A DNA stretch of 64,000 bases from an uncultured delta proteobacterium (GCA_963736855.1 CAVTQK010000021.1:160001-224000); one strand, 5' to 3'; shown: positions 10,119 through 20,892, counted from the first letter of the stretch. A program made the numbers and translations. Notes: generated from the sequence alone by a model not told the origin.

Positions 10119-10206
10119 CTGATTTTTTCTTCTCCTTATGTCTTCTGAGCAAAACCTGTTACGCGCTAAGGGTTAGTATCGACTTATAAGGCCTTACGTT
10201 CAAGCC

Positions 10207-10239
10207 TGATAGCTTCGTAAAAAGCTCCGAATTCAAGGC
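10207..10239 (+). repeat. Fragment (one end) of the MITE-like repeat
   Basis: TGATAGCTTCGTAAAAAGCTCC...CAAGGC resembles the terminal repeat of 31315-31469. Confidence 0.6.
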
Positions 10240-10266
10240 ATATTAATTTCACGGATAATCTTCGCA

Positions 10267-11037
10267 TTACGCTCGTTTCAGCTTTATACAGCCCCCGGAG
10301 GGACAGAGCTTTTGTTCAATATGAAAATCGAATTCGGTACGAAAATGCTTTAGGATTGCAGACACCGGGCCTGAGCCGGTGGCAGCATATTCACAACAAG
10401 TAGCCTGATTCATGGCTTCCAGGATCGTCGCCATGCTCTGAATATCCTGTGGTCGTCCTTCCCCTTGCGCTATGGTCTCCAGGATCTCTCGCAGGTAAGG
10501 GAAGCCTGCCCTGCAGGGTGTACATTTGCCGCAGGATACCCCTTTATCGAAGTCCAGAAAATACTTAGCCACCTGGACCATGCAATGACTATCGTCAATC
10601 ACGGCAATGAACCCTGAGGCATAGTCATAGAGAAACCGTCCCGAGGTGGAGTGCAGCGGATCCACATAGAGCAGGTCAAAGAGGAGGTGTCCGTTCTCCA
10701 GAGTCTCGGAGACCACCTGCCTGGCTCGAGCGGGGGTGAGCCCGCGGTAATAGAAACCGCTCCTCGGAAATCCCACCAGCGGCCCATAGGGGCAGGTCCC
10801 GTTGCAGCCCACCTTCATGGAGCCTACACGAACTTCCAAACCTCGCGCGCGGATCTCCTCTTCCAGGGCTTGCCTGATTTCGGCGCAGCCGCAGACGCAC
10901 CCTTCTGTCGGGGTACAGACGGTAATACAGGGCGTCGTGCCCTCGGCTTTGCAAAAAGCGGCGCCCCCGGCGCGGGAAATCGCCGGCTGCCGCAAAACCT
11001 CTGCGTCCGGTTTTCGCCTCCACCACTTTAACGCCAT
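10267..11037 (-). CDS. Thioredoxin-like [2Fe-2S] plus NuoF C-terminal [4Fe-4S] domain protein, lacking the FMN/NADH domain
   Basis: VC..GC and VGCNGTCPYGP, then SCGKCTPCRAG...C and CPSGGC; no GRGGAGF or NADEG motif. Confidence 0.85.
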   Translation of the reverse strand: MALKWWRRKPDAEVLRQPAISRAGGAAFCKAEGTTPCITVCTPTEGCVCGCAEIRQALEEEIRARGLEVRVGSMKVGCNGTCPYGPLVGFPRSGFYYRGLTPARARQVVSETLENGHLLFDLLYVDPLHSTSGRFLYDYASGFIAVIDDSHCMVQVAKYFLDFDKGVSCGKCTPCRAGFPYLREILETIAQGEGRPQDIQSMATILEAMNQATCCEYAATGSGPVSAILKHFRTEFDFHIEQKLCPSGGCIKLKRA

Positions 11038-11134
11038 ACACCTTACCTCATTAGAGAAATACTCATGAGCCTTTACGCCGGCCATCGTCTAGGCCAACGA
11101 AGCTCCCCGCGTTGCCATGTCGGACTTCTGCCTT

Positions 11135-12553
11135 CTACAACAGGGCCGAGGCGGCAGCCCTGGCCACTTCCAGCAGAAGCTCGGGGTAAACGCCGGCGAC
11201 CACCATGATCGTCACCAAGGTCCCCGCGAGAATCTTGGTGGCGGCGGATAATCCGAGCTGCGCCGGCTTCTCATCCGGTTCGAGAAGATAGGCGGCCTTC
11301 ACCACCAGAATGTAGTAATAGAGGGAGATGGTCGCGTTGATCATCGCCACGATCACCAGCCCCAGGTAGCCCTTTTCCACGGCGGCGGCAAATACCAGGA
11401 ATTTGCCGGTAAAGCCGATGGTGGGCGGGATCCCGGCGAGCCCGAAGATCGCCAGCATCAGCGCCATGGCCAGGAGGGGTGATCTGCGGTGCAGTCCCGC
11501 CAATTGAGCGATCTGGAGATCGCTGCCGTTCCCGGCCACCTTGATCACCACCAGAAAGCAACATAGATTCATGACCAGATAAGCCAGGGCATAAAAGATG
11601 GCACTGGCATAGCCGTTGTGGCTCATACTGAGGACGCCGATCAATACATAGCCCGCATGCGAGATGCTCGAGTATGCCAAAAGCCGTTTCATATCCTTCT
11701 GGACGATGGCGACCAGGTTGCCGAGAGTCATGGAACAGATGGAAAAAGTCACCAGCACCTGGACCAGGTACTTATTCTCCCCACCACCCAGGGCCACCAT
11801 CCGCATGATGATGGCCACCGCGGCCACCTTGGAGGCTGTGGCGATGTAAGCGGTCACCTGGTTTGCCGCACCCTGATAGACGTCCGGCGCCCAGAAATGG
11901 AAGGGGAAGACCGCCAGCTTGAAGAAGAAGCCGCTAAGGCTAAGCAGCAGCCCGACGATGGCCGCCGGCTTCGTGATGACTACCGGCAGCACCTGGATGA
12001 GTTCCGCCACGTAGGTGGTATGGGTTACTCCGAAGAGATAGGAAAGACCGAAGAGCATGACCGCTGAAGCGGAAGCCCCCACCATGAAGTACTTGATCCC
12101 CGCCTCCACGTCGACCCCTTCGCCTCTGCGCAGGGGCACCAGGATGTACAGCGAGTAGCTGGAGAGTTCCAGAGCCATGTAAATGGTGAGGAGCTCCACG
12201 CTGCTCACCAGCATCATCATGCCCATGGAACAGGTGGTCAGGAAGAGATAGAACTCGGGATGGTAGCGTTCCTCGATGCCCTTGAGCTCGCTGCAGAGCC
12301 AGACTACCAGGAAAAAGCCGGCGGCGACCATGACTTTAAAGACCTGAGAAAAAAGATCCACCTGGTAGGCCCCGAAGAAGAGCAAACCGTGTTGCCCCAC
12401 CGAGGCGAGCGTCACCGCCAGGCCGGCGGCGGCCATGAAGAGCGCGGCCAGATAATCCCTGCGGGGGTTGGGTCGTGCCGCCATGGCGAGGCTGAAGCAC
12501 ACGGTCGCCATGAGGGCGTAGTAGATCTCGGGAATGAAAAGAGTCCAAGTCAT
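11135..12553 (-). CDS. nuoN: NADH-quinone oxidoreductase subunit N
   Basis: EAGIKYF, FKLAVFPFHFWAPDVYQGA, KRLLAYSSISHAGY; ATGA overlap with nuoM. Confidence 0.95.
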   Translation of the reverse strand: MTWTLFIPEIYYALMATVCFSLAMAARPNPRRDYLAALFMAAAGLAVTLASVGQHGLLFFGAYQVDLFSQVFKVMVAAGFFLVVWLCSELKGIEERYHPEFYLFLTTCSMGMMMLVSSVELLTIYMALELSSYSLYILVPLRRGEGVDVEAGIKYFMVGASASAVMLFGLSYLFGVTHTTYVAELIQVLPVVITKPAAIVGLLLSLSGFFFKLAVFPFHFWAPDVYQGAANQVTAYIATASKVAAVAIIMRMVALGGGENKYLVQVLVTFSICSMTLGNLVAIVQKDMKRLLAYSSISHAGYVLIGVLSMSHNGYASAIFYALAYLVMNLCCFLVVIKVAGNGSDLQIAQLAGLHRRSPLLAMALMLAIFGLAGIPPTIGFTGKFLVFAAAVEKGYLGLVIVAMINATISLYYYILVVKAAYLLEPDEKPAQLGLSAATKILAGTLVTIMVVAGVYPELLLEVARAAASALL

Positions 12554-14031
12554 CGCGGCAATCCATTGATGAGAGGTATAGAAGCCGTTTGCACCAGATC
12601 CAGCATCAGTGACGGGTAGAGTCCGAAGAGCACGATTACAAAAACCAGAATCATCCGCGGTATGCCCAGTCCGAAAGAGACATCGCTTAGGTGGGCGAAG
12701 CGCTCGTTTGGCGGTCCATAGAAGGTCCGCTGCACCACCCGGAGCATGAAGAGCGCGCTGATTGCCAGCGCACAGATGGCCAGCGCTCCTCGCACCGGAT
12801 AGACCTTGAAGGAAGAGATGAAGACCAGAAGTTCTGCCCAAAAACTGGCCAGACAAGGCACGCCGATCCCTGCGAGTGCGGCAATTATGAAGTATCCCGA
12901 GGCTACCGGCATAATCTTGCTCAGACCTCCGAGCTCCGGGATCATCTTGGTGTGGGTCCTGTCATAGATGTAGCCCACGGATGAGAACAAGAGCGCGGTC
13001 ATCACCCCATGGGCAAACATTTGGAATACGGCGCCATTGAGCCCGTCAACGGTCACGGTAGCCAGTCCGAGACCGACAATGCCCATATGGGAAACGCTGG
13101 AGTAACCGATAACGTACTTGAGATCGGTCTGGGCCAGCCCGACGAATGCACCGTAGACGATGCCGCAGGTCGCCAAAAGCGCCATGAGCTGGGACCAGTA
13201 CTGCCAACCTTCCGGGCAGAGGAAAATTCCTACCCGCAGGATTCCGAAGGCGCCGAGCTTCATGAGGACCCCGGCGTGGATCATGCTCACCGCGGTGGGA
13301 GCGGCCACGTGGCCGACCGGAGACCAGGTGTGGAAGGGCCAAACGCCGGCCAGGATTCCGAATCCGATGTAAAAGAGCAGGAAGGCGAACTTCTGTTGGA
13401 AAAGCGTGAAGATCCCCGGCTGCATCAGGGTCGTCACATCGAAGGTGTTGAGCCCAGATGCCACAAAGAGGTAGAGGATCCCGGGCAGAATCAGGGCGCT
13501 GCCCGCCAGCAGGTAGAGGGTCAGCTTCATGGCCCCGTATTCCTTTCGGGTGCTGCCCCAGATGGCGATGAGGGGGTACATGGGAAAAAGCGAAACGTCG
13601 TACCAGACGAAGATGAAGAAGAGGTCCATGGCCATGAATACGCCGAAGACTCCTGCCACCAGAAGGAAGGTCAGCGCAAAGAATTCTTTTACCCGGGTTT
13701 TAAGCTCCCACATTGTGAGCACCCCGGTGAAGAGAACAATTCCGGTAAGTGCCAGCATGGGCAGATTAAAGCCGTCGGCGGCATTGAAGTAGTAAATACC
13801 CATGGACTTGACCCACAGGATTTTTTCAACGAACTGAAGGCCTCCTTTTTTCTGGTCATAAGCAAAAAAGAGATAGATGGCAATCAGCATGGCGATCCCG
13901 GAAAAGACGAGACTGATCTGTTTGATCAACAGCTGTCGCTCTTCCGGGATGAAAAGGATCAACAATAAACCCACCACGCAGCTCAGCAGGATGGCCGTAA
14001 GGTATGGAAAGGTCGCAAATTCCAGGTTCAT
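12550..14031 (-). CDS. nuoM: NADH-quinone oxidoreductase subunit M
   Basis: WPFHTW, AAPTAVSM, LMKLGAFG, YSSVSHMG. Confidence 0.95.
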   Translation of the reverse strand: MNLEFATFPYLTAILLSCVVGLLLILFIPEERQLLIKQISLVFSGIAMLIAIYLFFAYDQKKGGLQFVEKILWVKSMGIYYFNAADGFNLPMLALTGIVLFTGVLTMWELKTRVKEFFALTFLLVAGVFGVFMAMDLFFIFVWYDVSLFPMYPLIAIWGSTRKEYGAMKLTLYLLAGSALILPGILYLFVASGLNTFDVTTLMQPGIFTLFQQKFAFLLFYIGFGILAGVWPFHTWSPVGHVAAPTAVSMIHAGVLMKLGAFGILRVGIFLCPEGWQYWSQLMALLATCGIVYGAFVGLAQTDLKYVIGYSSVSHMGIVGLGLATVTVDGLNGAVFQMFAHGVMTALLFSSVGYIYDRTHTKMIPELGGLSKIMPVASGYFIIAALAGIGVPCLASFWAELLVFISSFKVYPVRGALAICALAISALFMLRVVQRTFYGPPNERFAHLSDVSFGLGIPRMILVFVIVLFGLYPSLMLDLVQTASIPLINGLPR

Positions 14032-14038
14032 GTGTTTC

Positions 14039-15961
14039 TCATCCAAAAAAGAAGAAATACAGTATCACCAGCGCCAGGGCGAAGAACATCAACATCAGGT
14101 TGTACTGTAGCATACCAGATTGGACAAAAGAGAGTAATCGACCGCTCTCCACAAAGGATCTGCACAGGCCATCGATGGCGCCGTCGATCACCCGCCGGTC
14201 GTTTCGGGTGAACAGATTGGAGAAGGTCCCATAAATCACGTAATCGAGAAAGCGCCGGTAGAAGCGGTCGATATACCAGCGGTTAGCGAAAAGCGCTCTC
14301 AGCGCCGGGATTCGCTCCACGAATCCCAACTGAGCCGAGCCTTTCCGGCCGAACTCTACCCAGGCGACGCCGACGCCAGCTAGGGCGATGCTCACGGCAG
14401 CGTAAAGCAGCCATGCGTAGTGGCTGATCCCATGCTCCTCCAGTGCTTTATGCCCCCCGGCGAGGAATCTCTCCAGAGGACCCTGGAAGAACCCAAGCAC
14501 TAGAGTGATGGCGGCAAGGATCAACAGGGGCCAGGCCATCACCCAGTAAAGACCGGCGTGGTGATGGTGGGCGCTATGGCCGGGAACCTGTACCCCATGT
14601 TCCTCGTGATGCACCTCTTCGATCGTGCTCGGTCGCAGGATGATAAAGATAAGTCTGAAAGAGTAGTAAGCAGTGAGAAAGGCGCCCAGGAGTCCGCCGG
14701 CAAGCCAGAACTTGCTGTGCTGGCCCGCTAGGGCCCCCATGATCGCCTCCTTGCTGAAAAAGCCGGAAAACGGCGGAAGCCCGCTGAGTGCGGCGGCAGC
14801 TATCGTCATGCAGATCATCGGGATCTTAAGTCCCCGTCCGCCAAGTCGTCCGATGACAAACATGTCATTGGTTTCATACTGGTGAATAAAGACACCCGAA
14901 CAGAGAAAGAGCAGGGCCTTGAAGCCGGCATGGGTGGTCAAATGGAAGACCCCGGCAAAGAAGCTGCCGGCGGCCAAGCCCATGACCATGAAGCCCAGCT
15001 GACTGATAGTGGAGTAAGCCCAAACCTGCTTGATATCTCGTGTGACCATGGCCATGGTTGAAGAGAGCAACATGGTGATGGTGCCGATCGATAGAAAAAC
15101 GGTCATGGCATCGGCGGAGTTGCTGAAAAAAGGAAAGAGGCGCGCAAACATGTAGACCCCCGCCGCCACCATAGTGGCCGAGTGCAGCAGGGCACTCACC
15201 GGGGTCGGACCCTCCATGGCATCCGGAAGCCAGGTGAGAAGCGGAAACTGGGCGCTCTTACCGACCACTCCTCCAAAGACAAGGAGCGCCGAAACCGTTA
15301 TGAGGTTCGGCGGCATGCGGGCTGCCACCTGGGGGCTGTTCATATCCAGAATGCTCAGGTTGCCCAAGTGGAAAAGGACCAAGAGCAGCCCAAGGAAAAA
15401 GGCGATATCGCCCAAACGGGTCATAACGAAGGCCTTTTTGCCGGCTTCGCTGGCGCTGAACTTCTCATACCAGAAGCCGATGAGCAGATAGGACGCCAGG
15501 CCCACCAGCTCCCAAAAGATATAGAACTGGAGCATGGTGAGCGATATGGTCAGGGTCAGCATCGCCCAGGCGAACAGGGATTGAAAGGCGTAATACCTGG
15601 CGAAACCGGGGTCGCCGATCATGTAGCCCAGAGAATAGATCTGGACTAAACAGCTGATCACCGCAACGATCGTGAGCATCAGGAGGCTGGTCGGGTCCAG
15701 GAGAAACCCAAATGGGATGAACATGTCGCCGGATACCAACCACCGGCCGGCATACTTGATCGGTTGTTCAACAGGCCAGTGGCGTCCGAGCAGGAAGATG
15801 GCGCTGCCGAGAGAGACGCACACCGCGGCGATAGAGATCCCCGCTGAAAGCCTCGGGTGCAGCCGCGTGAAAACCATGATGAGCGCGAAAGCCAGAAACG
15901 GCGTAAGCGCACTGAGTGTGGCGGCCAGCAGAGTTAAATCCTGCATCCAGGCAAAGCTCAT
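14039..15961 (-). CDS. nuoL: NADH-quinone oxidoreductase subunit L
   Basis: GKSAQFPLLTWLPDAMEGPTPVSALLHSATMV, AYSTISQLG. Confidence 0.96.
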   Translation of the reverse strand: MSFAWMQDLTLLAATLSALTPFLAFALIMVFTRLHPRLSAGISIAAVCVSLGSAIFLLGRHWPVEQPIKYAGRWLVSGDMFIPFGFLLDPTSLLMLTIVAVISCLVQIYSLGYMIGDPGFARYYAFQSLFAWAMLTLTISLTMLQFYIFWELVGLASYLLIGFWYEKFSASEAGKKAFVMTRLGDIAFFLGLLLVLFHLGNLSILDMNSPQVAARMPPNLITVSALLVFGGVVGKSAQFPLLTWLPDAMEGPTPVSALLHSATMVAAGVYMFARLFPFFSNSADAMTVFLSIGTITMLLSSTMAMVTRDIKQVWAYSTISQLGFMVMGLAAGSFFAGVFHLTTHAGFKALLFLCSGVFIHQYETNDMFVIGRLGGRGLKIPMICMTIAAAALSGLPPFSGFFSKEAIMGALAGQHSKFWLAGGLLGAFLTAYYSFRLIFIILRPSTIEEVHHEEHGVQVPGHSAHHHHAGLYWVMAWPLLILAAITLVLGFFQGPLERFLAGGHKALEEHGISHYAWLLYAAVSIALAGVGVAWVEFGRKGSAQLGFVERIPALRALFANRWYIDRFYRRFLDYVIYGTFSNLFTRNDRRVIDGAIDGLCRSFVESGRLLSFVQSGMLQYNLMLMFFALALVILYFFFFG

Positions 15962-15963
15962 GA

Positions 15964-16272
15964 TCACCCCCTGAGTTCTCGGGCTTGCTCGATGTTGATG
16001 CTCCGGATCCGGCGAAAGAGCGCCAGAATGATGCTGAGGGCGATGGCCGTTTCGGCAGCAGCGAAGCCCATGATAAACAGGGCGTAGATCTGGCCGATAA
16101 GGGGATCCGGTGATAGAAAACGGTTGAAGGCCATGAAGTTAATGCTGGCCCCGTTGAGCATGAGCTCAATGGCGATGAGCATTCCAATCAGGGAGCGGCG
16201 CTGCAACAGGGCGAAGATGCCGAAAGCAAAGAGCACGGCCGCGATGAAGAGGTAGGTGGTGAGACTGTTCAT
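15964..16272 (-). CDS. nuoK: NADH-quinone oxidoreductase subunit K
   Basis: IELMLNGA, AAAETAIAL. Confidence 0.95.
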   Translation of the reverse strand: MNSLTTYLFIAAVLFAFGIFALLQRRSLIGMLIAIELMLNGASINFMAFNRFLSPDPLIGQIYALFIMGFAAAETAIALSIILALFRRIRSINIEQARELRG

Positions 16273-16805
16273 GACGGCCTCCTGCGGGTGTAGCCTGAGA
16301 TGACGATGGCTCCCAGGATCGCCACCAGCAGCACGACCGACATAAGCTCGAAGACCAGGTCGTAGCGGGTGAGGAGATAGGAGCCAATCGTCGCCACCGA
16401 CCAGTCCGTGCTCCGTTGGGGCGCCGGCTGCCAAACGGTTCGTGAAATGATGACGAAAAGCACGCTGTAGACGAAGAGCGCCACGACCATGGCCCCGCCC
16501 ACCTTGGGTAGGTGCCGTTTGGGGAGGCTCAGATGCAGCGGCTGCGACAGCATGATGGCGAAGACGATGGAAATGCAGATCGCGCCCACATAGATGAGCA
16601 GCTCCATGAGAGCGACAAAGGGGCTTCCCAGATAAAGGAAGATCCCGGCCACTCCTGTTAGGCTAAGGATAAGTCCGAGGATGTTGTAGAGAATGTTACG
16701 AGGCAGCACCGCGATCAGGGCTCCTGCGAAGGTAAAAATTACCACGACGGCAAAGCCCGTCTGGGCGAGGAGCCGGGGTTCGAGGAGGTTATGGAGAAGG
16801 GTCAT
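16269..16805 (-). CDS. nuoJ: NADH-quinone oxidoreductase subunit J
   Basis: LIYVGAI, FELMSVVLLVAILGA. Confidence 0.93.
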   Translation of the reverse strand: MTLLHNLLEPRLLAQTGFAVVVIFTFAGALIAVLPRNILYNILGLILSLTGVAGIFLYLGSPFVALMELLIYVGAICISIVFAIMLSQPLHLSLPKRHLPKVGGAMVVALFVYSVLFVIISRTVWQPAPQRSTDWSVATIGSYLLTRYDLVFELMSVVLLVAILGAIVISGYTRRRPS

Positions 16806-17239
16806 GCCGATTCCTCCAGTCGTCGGACGAGATCCACCACGGATTCCCATCGGCAAACGTGTGCCAGCTCGAATTCCTGGGAAAACTTCAAAGTCTTGGT
16901 GGGACAATTGACCACACAGAGCCCGCAAAGACTGCAGTGGCTGAAGTCGATGAAGTAGAGGGTGCCCCGCTTTCTTCCGCGGGCACGCACTTTCTCGCCC
17001 TGGACCTTGATCACGTTCGTGGGGCATAAGCGCATGCAGATGCCGCAGGCTACGCAGTCATGGGTGCCGGTTTCCTCAAAACGCTTAAACTCGATGTGGC
17101 CTCGGTAGCTGGAGCTCATGGTCAGACGTTTGCGAGGATACTGTGTGGTCACGACCGGCTGTATGAAATGGCGGATGGTGACCCGCATCCCGGTGATTAG
17201 GCTCCAGCTGCCGAGGAGAATATTCCGAACGATCCCCAT
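16802..17239 (-). CDS. nuoI: NADH-quinone oxidoreductase subunit I
   Basis: TTQYP, CVACGICMRLCP, CSLCGLCVVNCP. Confidence 0.95.
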   Translation of the reverse strand: MGIVRNILLGSWSLITGMRVTIRHFIQPVVTTQYPRKRLTMSSSYRGHIEFKRFEETGTHDCVACGICMRLCPTNVIKVQGEKVRARGRKRGTLYFIDFSHCSLCGLCVVNCPTKTLKFSQEFELAHVCRWESVVDLVRRLEESA

Positions 17240-17245
17240 GGAAAT

Positions 17246-18253
17246 TCAGCTCCAATAATGAATCAGTTTGATGATTCCGGCATAGACCACCAGGTGGATT
17301 AGGGCCACCGGAATCATGACCTTCCAGGAAAAATTCATTAGCTGATCGAAGCGTAGGCGCGGGAAGGTCCAGCGCACCCACATGATCCCGAAAATCAGGA
17401 TATAGACCTTGAGAAAAAACCAAAATACCCCGGGAAGGGGAAGAAATCCGAGCAGCGGCGGGCTCTTCCATCCGCCGAAAAAAAGCGTGGTCGCCACCCC
17501 GGCAACGATGAACATGTTGGAGTACTCCGCCAGGAAATAGAGAGCGAAGCGCATGCCGCTGTACTCGGTGTGGAATCCCGCCACCAGCTCGGATTCGGCC
17601 TCGGGGATGTCGAAGGGTGCGCGGTTGGTCTCGGCGGTAGCGCAGATCAGGTAGATGATGGCCGCCACCGGCATCCAAAAGACGTTCCAGAGGCGGGACT
17701 GGGCCTCAACGATCACCGACATCTGCAAGCTGTTGGACCAGAGGACAACGTTCAGCACCACGAGCAGTAGAGGTATCTCGTAAGCCACACTCTGGGCCAC
17801 CGAGCGAATGGCGCCCAGCAAGGAGTATTTGTTGTTGGCGGCCCAGCCGCCCATGAGAATGGCGAGCACATTAAAAGTGGAGAAGGCGACGATAAGCAGC
17901 ACCCCCATGTTCAAATCCCGGACTTGCAAGTCTTGGCTGAAGGGCAGGACAATGAGGCTTGCCGGCACACCCATGAAGACGATGATGGGGGCAAGAACGT
18001 AGAGCGTGCGGTCCACATGCCGGGGAGTGATAAGCTCCTTGCCCAACAGCTTGATGCCATCCGCAACGGTCTGGAGAATGCCGTGCGGTCCCACCTCCAT
18101 GGGTCCGAGGCGAAGCTGGATGTGGGCCGAAACCTTGCGTTCAAGCCAGACGAGAAAAATGGCGTTCAACTGGACCAGTAACACGAGCGCCACCGCTCCG
18201 ACTGCTATGCGAGCCAGATCAGGACCCAGGATGTCGATTGCATATTGCCACAT
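17246..18253 (-). CDS. nuoH: NADH-quinone oxidoreductase subunit H
   Basis: [41 protein letters not shown]. Confidence 0.97.
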   Translation of the reverse strand: MWQYAIDILGPDLARIAVGAVALVLLVQLNAIFLVWLERKVSAHIQLRLGPMEVGPHGILQTVADGIKLLGKELITPRHVDRTLYVLAPIIVFMGVPASLIVLPFSQDLQVRDLNMGVLLIVAFSTFNVLAILMGGWAANNKYSLLGAIRSVAQSVAYEIPLLLVVLNVVLWSNSLQMSVIVEAQSRLWNVFWMPVAAIIYLICATAETNRAPFDIPEAESELVAGFHTEYSGMRFALYFLAEYSNMFIVAGVATTLFFGGWKSPPLLGFLPLPGVFWFFLKVYILIFGIMWVRWTFPRLRFDQLMNFSWKVMIPVALIHLVVYAGIIKLIHYWS

Positions 18254-18294
18254 GTGATAATTCCCTCAACAGTGTTCAGACGGAGCTGCTTTTC

Positions 18295-19413
18295 TCAGCG
18301 ATCAACCTCCGGCACAACGATGTCGACGCTTCCGAGGATGGCGATCGTGTCCGCCACCAACGTTCCCGGAAGCGTCTGGGTGAGCACCTGCAGATTGCCG
18401 AAGGAGGGCACTCGCACCTTGAAGCGGTAGGGGAACGACGTACCATCGCTCACAATGTAGAAACCGACCGATCCCCTGGCGGACTCGAAGGCAAAGTAGT
18501 AGTCGCCCTTGGGCGGCCTCACTTTGCGGGGAGCCCGAGCCTGGATCGGTCCATCGGGCAAGCGCTCTAGAGCCTGTTCGATGATGCCGAGGCTTTGCTC
18601 TATTTCCTGCAGGCGTACCATATAACGATCAAAGGCATCGCCTGTGGTGGCGGTGGGAATTTTGAAGTCCAAGGTCGGGTACACGGAGTAAGGTTCCGCC
18701 CGACGGATATCATAGGCCACCCCGGCCGCTCGCAGGACCGGTCCGGTGCAGCCGAAGAGCAAAGCAGTCTCCCGGTTGATCACCCCGACTCCCTTGGTGC
18801 GATTGACAAAGATCACGTTCTTGCTCACCAGGTCGTGATAATCGTCGAAGCGTCTGCGCATTCTCTGGATGAAGTCGCGCGTGGCGCTGGTGAACTCTGC
18901 GTCGATGTCTTTGGCCACTCCCCCGATACTGCAATAGTTGTAAGTCAGACGGGAGCCGGTGACGCGATCCAAAATGTCCAGGATCTGTTCCCGGTCATCA
19001 AAGGCGTAAAGAAACGGGGTGATTCCCCCCAGGTCCAAAAGGTAGGTACCGAACCAGAGGAGATGACTGCTGATCCGGTTGAGCTCGGCGCAAACGACAC
19101 GAATGTATTCGGCGCGCAGGGGCACTGTAATCCCGGCCATTTTTTCCACCGCCGCCACGTAACCATGGTTGTAAATCAACCCGGAGAGGTAGTCCATGCG
19201 CGAGGTGTTGGGGAGAAACTGTTTGTAGAGGTGGCTCTCCGCCATCTTCTCATGGCCGCGATGGCCGTAGCCGATGACAGGGTCCGCCTGCAGGATGTAT
19301 TCTCCGTCCAGTTTCAGGAAGAGTCTGAGCACTCCATGCGTGCTGGGGTGCTGGGGCCCCAGGTTCAAATAGTAGGACTGCTCGACGGTTTGTTCAGGTA
19401 GTGGGCTCGCCAT
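18295..19413 (-). CDS. nuoD: NADH-quinone oxidoreductase subunit D
   Basis: NLGPQHPSTHGVLR, GYGHRGHEK, C-terminal PEVDR; no NiFe CxxC motifs. Confidence 0.96.
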   Translation of the reverse strand: MASPLPEQTVEQSYYLNLGPQHPSTHGVLRLFLKLDGEYILQADPVIGYGHRGHEKMAESHLYKQFLPNTSRMDYLSGLIYNHGYVAAVEKMAGITVPLRAEYIRVVCAELNRISSHLLWFGTYLLDLGGITPFLYAFDDREQILDILDRVTGSRLTYNYCSIGGVAKDIDAEFTSATRDFIQRMRRRFDDYHDLVSKNVIFVNRTKGVGVINRETALLFGCTGPVLRAAGVAYDIRRAEPYSVYPTLDFKIPTATTGDAFDRYMVRLQEIEQSLGIIEQALERLPDGPIQARAPRKVRPPKGDYYFAFESARGSVGFYIVSDGTSFPYRFKVRVPSFGNLQVLTQTLPGTLVADTIAILGSVDIVVPEVDR

Positions 19414-19879
19414 AGATCTCTTTCGTCTCTCTGAAAGCATGAACCTTGCCGAAATCCTTGCGTAACGGGTGGAAATCGGCATCCTCCGGGAGGAGCAGCC
19501 GCCGGAGATCCGGGTGATTGTCAAAACGGATGCCGAACAGATCGAAGATCTCACGCTCGTACCACAGAGCCGCATCATAGACGGCGCTGATAGTGGGGAC
19601 GGATTCGTCTCTCGCCAACTGCACGCGCACCTGCACCCGCGCGGGAGCGGAAAAGGAGTTGAAGAAGTAAATCACCTGAAGTCCGTTCGTGAAATCCAAC
19701 GCGGTTATGGTTTCTAGGTAGAGGTCGGCCTCCCGCGCTAGGCCGGCAATAGCCTGCACCTGATCGCGCCTGGCCTTCAGCTCCAAGTGGCAACCGCCGA
19801 CAGCATAATCCCGAGGACGAATGGCTTCGAGGTTAATTGCCGCTTTGAGCAGGTTTTCTCTGAAATCGTCGAATGACAT
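19394..19879 (-). CDS. nuoC: NADH-quinone oxidoreductase subunit C
   Basis: [31 protein letters not shown]. Confidence 0.95.
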   Translation of the reverse strand: MSFDDFRENLLKAAINLEAIRPRDYAVGGCHLELKARRDQVQAIAGLAREADLYLETITALDFTNGLQVIYFFNSFSAPARVQVRVQLARDESVPTISAVYDAALWYEREIFDLFGIRFDNHPDLRRLLLPEDADFHPLRKDFGKVHAFRETKEIYGEPTT

Positions 19880-20360
19880 TGCGTTTCTCACCTTTGGTAA
19901 TCTGGTCCTGCAGGAGGAGTAGCCCCTGGATCAGCCCCTCGGGTCGCGGTGGACAGCCAGGAATGTACACATCCACGGGGACAATGAGGTGGGCCCCAGG
20001 TACGATGGCATACTGCCCCTCGAACTCAAAGGGGCCGCCCGAGATGGCGCAGTTGCCCATTGCGATGCACCACTTGGGTGCGGGCATCTGCTCCCACAGG
20101 GTGATGATTGTCGGGGCCATCTTCCGGGAAATCGTGCCGGCAACGATCATGAGATCGGACTGGCGGGGTGAGGCGCGGAAGGCGCCGCTCCCGAAACGAT
20201 CCAGGTCGAATCGGCTGGCCCCGGCCGCCATCATTTCGATGGCGCAGCAAGCCAGCCCGAATGTCATGGGCCAGAGAGAGTTGGCCCGAAAGAGGTTGAG
20301 GACATCCTCAAGCAATGCCAAGCGGATGATGGGGCCAGGCCCTATTCTCATTTCTGCCAA
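19833..20360 (-). CDS. nuoB: NADH-quinone oxidoreductase subunit B
   Basis: [30 protein letters not shown]. Confidence 0.97.
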   Translation of the reverse strand: MAEMRIGPGPIIRLALLEDVLNLFRANSLWPMTFGLACCAIEMMAAGASRFDLDRFGSGAFRASPRQSDLMIVAGTISRKMAPTIITLWEQMPAPKWCIAMGNCAISGGPFEFEGQYAIVPGAHLIVPVDVYIPGCPPRPEGLIQGLLLLQDQITKGEKRNVIRRFQRKPAQSGN

Positions 20361-20722
20361 ATAAATACTCCTTTGCGCCAGGCGTAGACAATCGCCAGCG
20401 AGAGAATGCCGATGAAAATGACGATCGCAACAAAATCGCGAATGAAGAAGTCCTTGTTGTAAGCGAGCGCTACGGGGAATAAATAGAGCACATCCACATC
20501 GAAAGCGAGAAAAATGAGGGCAAAAATGTAGTAAGCAACGCTGAACTGGATCCAGGCGCTGCCGACGGTTGGCATGCCGCTCTCATAAGTCTCGGAGCGC
20601 TTCTCGCCTTCACTGCGCCCACCGATTAGCCAGGAGATGACAATGGGCGCCACCCCAAAAAGCACGCCGATCAGCAGAAAAACGCCGACATAGAGAAAAT
20701 CATGCAAGGCCTGCTCGGGCAT
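20348..20722 (-). CDS. nuoA: NADH-quinone oxidoreductase subunit A
   Basis: [29 protein letters not shown] upstream of ATG 20722. Confidence 0.95.
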   Translation of the reverse strand: MPEQALHDFLYVGVFLLIGVLFGVAPIVISWLIGGRSEGEKRSETYESGMPTVGSAWIQFSVAYYIFALIFLAFDVDVLYLFPVALAYNKDFFIRDFVAIVIFIGILSLAIVYAWRKGVFIWQK

Positions 20723-20862
20723 GAAGCGACACCTCCTTACTAGACTTGCGCTGGCGCCTAACCCGCATGTGTACGGCGCGGCGACTAACAACATGGTGCA
20801 ACGAAACCGCGCAACATTCGCGGCTTCGACCGCATCCGACGCCGAGTTTGGCAAAAGGAAGC

Positions 20863-20892
20863 CTTATACAGTATGGATTTGTTACTTGTCAA
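20863..20892 (-). promoter_or_regulatory. Putative sigma70 promoter of the nuo operon
   Basis: TTGACA-N18-TATAAG on the minus strand. Confidence 0.45.

Noticed and set aside
18295..19413. Group 4 NiFe hydrogenase large subunit
   Set aside because: No CxxC metal-binding motifs; canonical NuoD signatures present
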